DNA of 62,633 nucleotides, the filler included, from Hausera hauseri (Eukaryota), in assembly GCA_046269625.1 (NCBI GenBank). It is 9 parts of 9 records of this genome, joined end to end, with 100 filler letters (N's around TTAATTAATTAA, not from the genome) between each part and the next. Parts side by side here need not be neighbours in the genome. Positions count along the whole stretch, not along the records: positions 1 to 4,233 come from JBJURY010685550.1; positions 4,334 to 12,384 come from JBJURY010803199.1; 7 more parts are not named here. One strand, 5' to 3'. This document shows, piece after piece, positions 1-9,496 of this stretch (its first letter is position 1; the number at the start of each line of letters is the position of its first letter). The position numbers and the translations under genes are program-made. The notes under the pieces are model-generated. The model was given only the letters and a program-made list of their open reading frames with translations, had not been told where the DNA came from and ran no database searches.

Positions 1-203
1 TAATTTATTTTCTATAACCCAATTTAAGCCCCATTTCCTTGTTATAAAACAGAAGACAAAAACTAGTGTACAAATACGTTATTAATCATATATAACAAAA
101 AATGTACAGCAGATGAATGTAAAATAAAGATCACAAATGTGAATGATCTAACTAGACTGAATTGCATGTTTGCATTGAACTGTTTGTGAACACTAAACGT
201 GTG

Positions 204-3200
204 TTATCTCAAACGCCAATGTCTGTACGCCCAACTCTTATTTCACCCCACCCACTTTCACCTATCATCATTGCATGATAAAGTGACTTTTGTATTGGTC
301 ACCGTATACAGCTGGTGTTCAATTCATCGGATGATCGTTTGAAATGCAAAAGCTTTTGATTGTCCTTCTTCATAGATACGGCGATAATCACCGTGATTTA
401 TTTCCGTCTGGGCCAACTGAACTCCTTTGGCGCGCATTTTCGGTCCACCGTCAGTTGAAAGGCTATAACAATTTGGCCGTAAAAATATCTATTCCCGGTA
501 CTGAACCCGACCTTTACTTTCATCCTTGAAGCAGCCGATTTTGTTTGTGATGGCATTGCTGTACAATGGATGACTCTTTGGGTAATTAGACGTGTCCAGT
601 ACTCCATATGCCAACATTTGCTGCCGTAGTTCTTCGCAATTGACGTTTTCCAGTTCCAAAAAAAACTATCTATCACCGGCAATTATATTGATCCTGCCGC
701 CGCCGCCACCGAACATTTTCCAGTAACGTGCCAAATCGCGATACTGCAGCTCATACATCCACAACTTGCTCAGATCCAATACCACTTGTCCTATATAACT
801 TGGTCTGTCCAGTACGACTTCTTCCCTGTTTAAAAGCACGGCAACCAATCCATCGTCAATGTGCATTGATCGTCTGAACTGCGCCTTGCTCGTGTACGTG
901 ACCAACCGCTTTTCGGTATTGCATAGCGTACATTGAGTCGCCTTTTCAGATTCTCTACAGTTTTTCCGTAGAGCGAATTGTTTTTCAGTTTGTAATAGTC
1001 TTTTTCAAACTTCGTACAAGTAGCAGCTCGTTTTTCCGAATTCCGACTGTTATACAGCTAAAATATTGGAGTCTGTGTGAATCGGATTGCGCAATACAGC
1101 TGTGTGACGCGTACACCCAACTGCATGTCAAACTGCAGCAGACGCCAATGAACCACGTAATTCGATTTGGGTTCATGTGTCATGAGCAGTTTCTTCACTT
1201 TTGAGCCGCCAGGTGGACATTGGCTAATTGGTGCGACCGGCAGTTCATCCAGAAAGTCATGCAGCTCATCCGGTACCACGAGATCAACTTCCATTAGGTA
1301 ACCGACTGAGCTACTTTCTGTCGTGTTTGCTGCTGGCAGACTGTCCAGCAATGTATCCAGTTCTTGTTTGTCCATTATCCATTCAAATGAACCGTACGGG
1401 AAGTGTTGCGAAAGCGCCCAGCCGTACAGGTTATTAATATCGATATACAACATTGACGCTGTATCATCGTCATCACTAGTTACGTAATGCTTGTTGACAA
1501 ATATCATGCCGCCACGAACGCCAACGTCAAACAGTCGCTACATTTCCGGGTTTTGTAGCAGCGAAACGTCCCAATCCAGTGACATTAGTGCCGATGCCCA
1601 ACTCATTCCCGGTATTGAGTAAAAGTTGAGCAGTTCCAACCTATCTTCCTCCAACGCATTAGCCGGAAATGTCTGAAACACATCGGCTAATAAGTACACA
1701 TCGAGCTTTAGATACTGAAGCATGTAGTTTAACATGTTTCTACAACCGAGCTCTGTCTAAGATTCCTGTGCTCTCTGATATTCATCTTCTGTGATACCTG
1801 TCCATCGCGACGGTAATTCCTCTGTTGTCCGAAGTCGCTCATATAACACGGCAAAGTCATATGGGAATATGCCTTTGCTGCGTGCAGTATGCGCAGGGAA
1901 CTGCGTCAGTATTAGCGGCACATTCGACAAGGCATTTACGAGCTTTGCTAGTGACTCATTGAGAAACTGCAATGAGTCAAGAAACCGTACCTGAAACCGG
2001 TTTATACGTGCCGATAGGGACAGGTACTTCTCCATTGTTGTTGGGATTATAGATAGCTCCCAGTGCGGAAATCCGTTTACGGCCCATTTCAGAATATGGT
2101 GACAGTCATAACCCCTGAAGTTATGAAAACTCACCGGTAGGAATGGCCGAACACATCTTTCCAAATTGCATGCGTTGCATGCTGCTTTCAAGTATCGGCC
2201 GGTAAAATGGTCGTGATACGGTACCAGCAGTTTCGGTAATATTTTGTGGTGGCACAGGTAACATTCATTGGTGGCTGCAAACGTCAGGCGTTCATCTTCA
2301 TCTGTCCAAATCAGGGGTTTTGTGCTGTTATTGCGATACCACGGTGCGATTTCCGATTCAACTGTTTCCAAATGATGCAAAAAATCGCCCACACAGTTTT
2401 AATCGTGAAACATTTAATAATGCGGTTGACCTGCAGCTTTTATGGGGCCAACCAACATTCTGACGGCAATTGGAACATGTTTTTGATCGTATACGTCGTG
2501 CCGTGGTAGGATTGTCTCAATATCAGCATGTGTCACATATGCTGGACTGTCCGTTTTTAGAAAAGTCACTAACTCGCAACTCCTTTTGACTGGCATGACG
2601 TACATTGTTGTGCCTGATGCACTCTGTCTGCACAACTTCACAAGTTTTTCTCACGCTGTTTCTTATCTGAAGCCATGCAGACATGTAGGACACCATTTAC
2701 AGCGTATTTGTTATTGGACAAACTGATGGTGAACCATGTTCAACAGTCGGTCCAAATTTGTTACGGACACGTAATAAAATTTTTCTGCCTGTTCCAAAAA
2801 TAACAAATTTATTGTGCATTTATTCGGGTTCCTTCTTCGATAGGTTATATGCACATGTGGATTCTTGTAAATTTCTTCATCTGTCGGTATTTCACCTATT
2901 GTATTGTACCGGAACACATTGATTGAGAGCGTCGGATTACGCCTTTCAGATGTTGGAATGGCTTTTAGTTTCACCGGTATGCAGTTTTCGTCCAATTGCA
3001 ATTCGGAAAAATAATGCCGATACTGACTTGGACGAAATGCACTATGTCTGTCCACTTCGTCATAGTTTAATACCGCTAGAATACTGTAAATAAAACAGTA
3101 ATAATCGTCCGTATTTTTTGCATTCACTATAGCACTAGAGTGCTTTAGAGCTTCAGGTGTCGGTATGAATGAACGTCCGGACAGGTAAATTATGTCACTC

Positions 3201-3523
3201 GACTTTGTTATAATAAAACCAAGAGTAACAATTTTTATTCTTTATCAACCACTGCCCTTTTCGGTGTAGTTGGCGATTTTTCAATCCAGCTTTTTGTCAA
3301 TGTCGGCAATGAAATTTTTGGAATATAGAGCTGCTCGATGTGACAGGTACCATTGTTTCCTGTCACACTGCAGATTCTCAAATTCTGCAGGTACATAATA
3401 TTGCACTTTGCTGTTGTAGTGATTGAATTTCTCCACTTCGATTTCTAACCGGTTGCGCACATGAGCGGGTACATGCATCACTTGGGTTGCTGATTTCGTC
3501 GCCATATTTACTTTTATGTCCAC
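204..3523 (-). pseudogene. Polinton/adintovirus-type protein-primed DNA polymerase B (pPolB), copy 1, frameshifted
   Basis: Consecutive minus-strand fragments: NTDDYYCFIYSILA (vOTU-like), HADIE (ExoI), HDHFTGRYLKAACNACN (endonuclease VII-like insert), FHNFRGYDCH (ExoII), FLDSLQFL, KGIFPYD, YLKLDVYLLADVF (ExoIII), YIDINNLYGWAL (motif A), KNNSLYGK-like, RPSYIGQVVLDLSKLWMY, C-terminal WAYRHW-stop at 204-206. Confidence 0.92.
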
Positions 3524-3753
3524 GTACGATCTGTTTAGGTCATACTTGACAGTATGGGCCGTTCCTGCTGCGCCTGCTGCTGATGCTCTGTATTTCTGCT
3601 TTGCAAGTATTCGTCAAGAATTGTTGATACCTGACGTTTCCCGCTTGTTGCGGGAATACTGCTTTTGCTGCCACCATTAATATTTCCTTTTTGGAACTCT
3701 GAAACTGGTTCAAGTGGCCCTGGTGGTCATAAAATTGTTCATAACTGATTTCA

Positions 3754-4118
3754 TTAACTATAAAACAACCGGGACAAATATAGGCCCGTTACCGTGACCG
3801 TTGTGACGCCACAGTATTGCTCCATTGCACTATGGCAACCATCAACGTCGTGCACAGTACTTGTACAGTATCGTGGGTACATGGGACAATTCACTAGCAT
3901 CATCTTCTTTGACCGTGTAAACGGTCCAAGATCATGCTTGTACATCGCACGAAAGTCAGGGTATGAATAGCGGGTTGGAATATCACACGTAGGACACACA
4001 TACATGTCCCGACCAATGTTGTAATATTTCGCCATCTGTTGACGGCACTGATCCACCTCCACATGTATGCGAGAGATGCAATACATGGGATATTTCTTGC
4101 ATTTCTAAATTTAATCAA
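3754..4118 (-). CDS. Small Cys-rich Polinton accessory ORF upstream of pPolB (probably frameshifted near 5' end)
   Basis: 110-aa ORF with CPTC, CPMYPRYC and CH..EQYC; abuts the pPolB region in the same orientation; no family recognised. Confidence 0.4.
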
Positions 4119-4233
4119 ATTAACGTTTAAAGTAGATTACAATTATAAATAAAATACAGTAAAATACATAACAATTAAACATAACCCGAATAGTCTGTGA
4201 AATTGCCTTACTCTGTTATAAACATTTGTTCCC

Positions 4234-4333
4234 NNNNNNNNNNNNNNNNNNNNNNNNNNNNNNNNNNNNNNNNNNNNTTAATTAATTAANNNNNNNNNNN
4301 NNNNNNNNNNNNNNNNNNNNNNNNNNNNNNNNN
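4234..4333. other. Artificial contig linker (N44-TTAATTAATTAA-N44); also at 12385, 18164, 24369, 30270, 35815, 52165, 57977
   Basis: Same 100-nt N block with a central six-frame-stop 12-mer occurs eight times. Confidence 0.98.
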
Positions 4334-4782
4334 TGCAACTTATACGTCCTTAAAAATTCATTGAGTCCGTCCGGATCTCCGTCATATGCGGGCAAGTTTA
4401 ACGAGTCAAATGTGAAGATATCCAATTTCTGAGCTACTGTCTGGTTTTCTGACATATTTTCGGCGTCTTTTAGAGTATGTTTTACTACTTTACGAATTCT
4501 AGTTTTCTTATTGGGAACCTTAAATTCAATAGGCTGCTCAACAGCGTCTAGATCAATAGGCTTAGTCTTAGCTAAGTTTGTCTCAGATAGCGTACGTCTA
4601 ATCAGCGTTTCCCCTTCTCTATAGACTCGATTACGTGTTTCACGAAAATTAATGTTCTCCTTACCGTTTAAAATAAGATTTAAATTATTGTTTGACTTTT
4701 GTCTGTCAATATTCGTTCTCACTTCCGAATATGTCCTTAATAATACTGAGGGTTTCTTTACAATCCCAAATTTTAATATCAC
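4334..4782 (-). CDS. gag: Gypsy gag N-terminus (truncated by linker)
   Basis: KLDIFTFDSLNLPAYDGDPDGLNEFLRTY is a capsid start, near-identical to the gag at 58862-59278; lies downstream of LTR and PBS. Confidence 0.8.
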
Positions 4783-4874
4783 AATAACCTACAATAAATT
4801 ACTTGATGTGGTAGCGCTGATCGCTAATATGTCGTTACTTTTCACTAAAAGTCAAGTCTGGCAAGTGCAAACTG

Positions 4875-4892
4875 TCCTGCTAGGGTCGGAAA
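4875..4892 (-). promoter_or_regulatory. Degenerate primer-binding site, tRNA-Arg-like
   Basis: Minus strand TTTCCGACCCTAGCAGGA immediately after the LTR end ...TAACA; resembles the complement of tRNA-Arg 3' ends (TGGCGACC/TCC...CAGGA) with the TGG mutated. Confidence 0.5.
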
Positions 4893-4893
4893 A

Positions 4894-5618
4894 TGTTAGT
4901 AGTTGAAGGTGGGCCCTATCCAACACCCAACTATAACAATAAATGAATTCAAATTTAATAAAGTTGTAAAATCAAGCAGATAAGTTTTAACGTTCTCGTT
5001 AGAATGTTTTCACTTAATTTATCTTGCAGGTACTGCGTGCGATGAATGTATAGTTACAAATTCTAGTCTTAACTATTGAGTTTAACAATAATTTATTTCT
5101 TAGTGTGGTTCTAGTGCCTCTTAAAGAGCGACGGAAAAATATAGAAGAAATTAGCGATACAAAATATATTAGATACAAATAAAATATACCACACACTGAT
5201 TAAGATCACGATAACAATAATTAACGTCTTTGACAATGAACTGTATCTGGCATCTCTTCAGTCTGAATACTGATTTGCAAATTCGAATTTCGATTCTGGA
5301 ACTCTTTCAACTTTGAACTAATTTTCAACTTCTGACTTTTCGCAAATTCTCAAGATTACACTGATCATTCTAAGTGCTACTTTATATAGTAGCCGATTTT
5401 GTATTTACAAAATTTATTTTTCGTTGTTTCGAATTTACGATAAATTTTCATGAATTAATTTCGATTTATTTCATTTACACATCATAAATACTGATTAAAT
5501 TTCGGATTGATTAATCAAAATTTGTAAATATTTACATGATTAATTCCGTTTCAACTTCTTATTTACAATTCGTACTTTTCACCATATTTACAACTTGTCC
5601 TTGTTACACTTTATGACA
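4894..5618 (-). repeat. LTR (~725 bp) of RING-carrying Gypsy element, copy 1
   Basis: TGTCA...TAACA termini on minus strand; PPT directly upstream; TATA-like CTATATAAA at 5381-5389; U5 end (ATTGTTATAGTTGGG...GGGCCC) resembles the LTR at 55421-56156. Confidence 0.8.
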
Positions 5619-5630
5619 TTTCTCCTCCCT
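5619..5630 (-). promoter_or_regulatory. Polypurine tract
   Basis: AGGGAGGAGAAA immediately before LTR TGT; identical tract at 56157-56168. Confidence 0.85.
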
Positions 5631-8016
5631 AAACGGCACTCTCGAATGTGCCCATTGCGTCAGTGGAGGTGCCGAGAACTTGTCGTAAACGTTCCAGTCG
5701 ACCGCGTAAGTCCGCTTCCGAATCAGTTTCATTTGATGGAGATCGCGAGTCAATATTATAGGATGTGGTGGCTCGTTCGGGAAATATTTTTACGATTTTC
5801 TTATTCTCTCCGTTCGAGTAGTATCTCAGCCTTGTAGCTTCGGCTCTGCATACTGTGCAGGTCGTCTTCCCATTTTTCAGGGTCCACGTTTCTAAGCAAT
5901 ATCAGCAGTACTTATGACTGCAATCTTTATTATCTAGGAATACGAATCCTTGGTATAAGTTCGCATCGCAAACGGGGCATTCTTCTTTCTCGGCAACATC
6001 AATATCCACAAGATTCTCATCCACTTCTATTCTTTCGAACACAAGTCATTTTCTGTCTTGATACAAATATCGGTACAATCTCTTTTGATTGGGGTCTATT
6101 GAACTTTCCCTTGGATCGTCAGATACTGCTACTAAAGTCCATTCTACTGTCTCTTGTTTGTCCAGATCAGGTATTCCGGTTCTTTTATATTGTCTCTTTA
6201 ACTGAATTCTGACTTGGGTATCCACAGGAATTGCCAGCCTGTTAGTGCAACTTTTTGATTGAAATATCGGGGCTAGGTATCGGCCTATGGTGTGGTCCTC
6301 TTTGGCATATCCGTTTCCACTCACTATTCTTCTGGGAACAGTCGATACGTAAAATACGGCCTCTTTAATTTTCCCTTTGCTGTAGTATTCTGCCATAACT
6401 AGGATTCTCTTATATTCTTTTATTTAGCCAAATTCTGTAACTATAATCGGCGTATCTTCCTCTCAGTTCTTTCTAAGAACATTAAATTCTGATTTAAGGG
6501 ATTTGGATTTCTTAACTTCCAAAGGTTTTTCACTGTCCTCTCTCTTTTTCTCTCGAGCTGGTATTCCTCTCTGATTGTTCAAGGGCTCCTCTAAAATTGG
6601 GTTATCTATTGTCGATCTCTTTTCCTCTACTTGGCCTTTGCTGGTCTTGCTCCTCTTTTTATGAATATAATCCAGGAAGGAGGTTTTCTTCTTTTGCCAT
6701 TTTGGCTTTTCCGGAGCATCTGGTTTCATTATTGGTTTGTCGTAATTTTTACTAGTTGATGGCTTCTGATGGTTTTGGATGGTTATCTTAATCTGCTTCG
6801 GTCCTTGGGGTTCGATTTGCCGATAACCTGGGTATTCACTAAACCCTTTCCGGAATTTTTGTATCAGCAATTTAGGATTATTATCGGATATCGCATTCTG
6901 TACGGGTTCTCTAGGCTTCCATTCGTGATCCCATCGTAAATGGTCATAAACATTCTTTATAAATTTTGTTCGCTTACTCGCTGTCATTAATTTCGGAAAT
7001 TTAAATCCTTCGCCATTCAGGGCTTCAAGCATCATCTTGAACTGCGATTCCTGGGATGCTGAGGCGGGAAGTAGGCATCCTCGTTTTCGCATTAGGGTAT
7101 TTTCTACTTGACTTACGACAGCTGGGTTTCGGCTTATTTCCCGGATGCCGGCTATATATTCCTGCCTGATTCTTAATCGTTCCAGTGCTTCATGGACTCG
7201 GAATCCGGTTACAACGTATCCATATAAACAATGACTCATATCCTCTTGGATCTCCACGAAATCCTTTCCTTTTTCGAGTTGAGGTTTAGTAATTCCAGTA
7301 ACGTCTGGAAAGGTATCTTTAATTCTAACTCGAGGTGCAATTATTCTGTTAAAAACTTCTTCTCCGTTTGTATTCCTAATTGAGATTTCGATCGAAAAAT
7401 ACCATTCATCATCCTTTTCTCCATAATTTACTGCTAATATCCGGGTATTCCGGCCATCTTGGACTAATCTATAGGATTCCCTATTCTGTTCGATCTCATC
7501 TTCCGAAAGTTTCTGTATGTATACCAGCGGGGGTAACGGCTTCATTAGCTCGGTTCTCCATGTCATTTTTATAATAATCTTGGTTGGAATGTCCGCGATT
7601 CTAAACTCTAGGGCATAGTTCATGAGACTAAAACAGCATAGCTCATAAGTGCTGAATTTCCATTGCTGCCCTTTTTGCGTACTCCAGGATTGTCCTACGA
7701 TCCTGTACTGAATTTCTCCATCAGCGACATGTATGTACAATTGCTGATGTGTTGGCTCATAAGGAATTAGGTCCCTCAAGTGGTACACTCGTACATCCTT
7801 GGAGCTTCTCATAGCGTACAGTCGGACTAATCTGTTCTCTTCCAGACCCGATTTTAGTCCTTTTGGTATTTCACTCTCTTTGGTAAATTCTCGATAATTA
7901 GTATTTTTCAGGTTTTCTCCAATCTGTCGGTACAGGCTCTTAAATAACGGTTTTAGGACCGTAACATGCTGCTGTAAGAAACTGTCAATGTCAAAGCTGG
8001 TTGAGGAATTCTTCAT
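5629..8016 (-). pseudogene. Gypsy accessory ORF (~795 aa): unknown N-term, inactive REX4/ISG20-like DEDDh fold, K/P-rich linker, conserved unknown domain, C3HC4 RING
   Basis: Single frame from ATG 8016 to TAG 5629 with four nonsense codons (6463, 6424, 6046, 5902) and no frameshift; RING CPVC-x15-CSHKYC*YC-x12-CTVC at 5848-5979; exonuclease-like segment about 6937-7443. Confidence 0.8.
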
Positions 8017-8019
8017 TTT

Positions 8020-8044
8020 CTGCTGAAATAGAAATAAAGGTCAA
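8020..8044 (-). promoter_or_regulatory. Putative splice acceptor for the accessory ORF
   Basis: Minus strand TTGAC-CTTTATTTCTATTT-CAG-CAG-AAA-ATG: branch-like motif, pyrimidine tract and tandem CAG just before the ATG. Confidence 0.6.
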
Positions 8045-8117
8045 TCCTAAGACAGATCATCGTTTTGAAACAAAACATTTTATCTGTCTGATGATAGGAT
8101 AACCCGAACTGTAGTTG

Positions 8118-9420
8118 TCAGGTTATGCTATCATAAAGTTCGTCTTGGTGCCCTTTTACCAATTTATCTCCCTTTTGATTTTTACGGCGCTTATTACAAT
8201 TTTTGGAGACTAGAAAGATTATCGCGGTTATTAGGACGAGAACGAAAATTGACACATTGATTATAGCTATCATTGGTAAATTACTCAATTCGGTAGAACT
8301 TTGCGTGGTGAACACATTCAGAGTGCTAATACCTTTGTATGACATCACTTCAATTTTGTTACCAAGTGTTCGTACTGTAAAAGTCTTAGGGTTCTTACCC
8401 TCCGCGGTCATTCTAATTATGTACTCATATTGTGGCCGTAACGACTTGCATACTGCTCCCAAACTATTTCTTCTTAGAATCACAACTTAGTTGGTGTGCA
8501 CAGTACGACACTCAATTTTAACGTCTTCATCTAACGTCTTTTCAGCGTAGAATAGAATTCTATCGTTCTTCGTTAGGATTTTGATCGGTATATTTTTTAG
8601 TATTTTGTCCGTAGTGATAATCGTAATACTGCGAGTTGTACTCGGCGTCGTGGATGGTTTTCCTGTAGTGGTCGGAAGTGGGAGTTCCCATATTCCGTTC
8701 TTTGGGCGATATCCTCTTAGGAAAATACTTCGTTCACCTGGATAAGTATCATACAGATCGAAATGTAGTCGGTACCTTTGCCCTAGCTGTATTACACAGC
8801 ATACGGTGGGACGTCGCTTTGCCAATGAACAATGCTCTGGTCTAGGAATAGAAGCGTTTAATGGTGTGAACTGGACAGAAATTTCTTTTTCTTCAGGTAC
8901 TCCAAATTTGGTCTCGATCCGAATGCATTGGTTTATCAAGTCCTTGTGGATTCCGACAATGTTGTCATCTAAGAGTCTGTTAATCGGATCGGTGCTTCGA
9001 ATGATTTTGTCCATTTTTGCTTGATTGGCGTCCTTTTGTTGTGGCATTCGTATTGTGAGCTCCGAAGCTATGTCGGCCTGAGCCCCAAATTTATAGGAAT
9101 AAAACAGCTGAAAGCTATATCTATAGACTTTTGCGAAATCCAAATTACAGTATCTCCTGTGATGTCCGCATGGAAAATCGCATACTCTTATATCATCACC
9201 AGTAGTTATAAATGTAATCTAAAATCCTATGTGTCTCTGGATAGGTTCGTCTGTTTCAAACCATGCACATGGTTTTCCCCAATCAATATCCCGTACCCTA
9301 ACTGTCTGTAAATTTTGGATATCCTTTTGTTTTCCGGTTTTAGCGCTCTTTTTCACCGTAGGTATATATATGAAGCGATTAACAATAGCGCTAGGACAAT
9401 TTGTACATAAGATATTGGCC
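8118..9420 (-). pseudogene. env-like type I membrane protein of the Gypsy element (degraded)
   Basis: Signal-peptide-like YVQIVLALLLIASYIY in frame after integrase; ORFs 9143-8487 and 8483-8118 share a frame across one stop; Thr-rich stretch, TM helix IAIINVSIFVLVLITAIIFLV, basic stop-transfer KNCNKRRK, tail ELYDSIT. Confidence 0.65.
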
Positions 9421-9496
9421 TAGTCACTACTGATGATGCCTTCTTTTCCTTGTTTATTTTGCTTGAACGTAGATTGTAGCGTTTGTCTGGTCTTAT

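Noticed and set aside
4234-4333. Recurrent TTAATTAATTAA as a biological repeat or piggyBac target
   Set aside because: Always centred in an identical N block; an artificial six-frame-stop linker. ORFs running into it are artefactually extended.
4809-4827. TGGTAGCGCTG as a PBS on the plus strand
   Set aside because: Wrong strand for the element; a better candidate lies next to the LTR end at 4875-4892.
8040-8118. Possible hammerhead ribozyme (CTGATGA with flanking ACAGAT/ATCTGT stem)
   Set aside because: No GAAA core, no NUH site in the right position, and antisense to the element; at most a hairpin.
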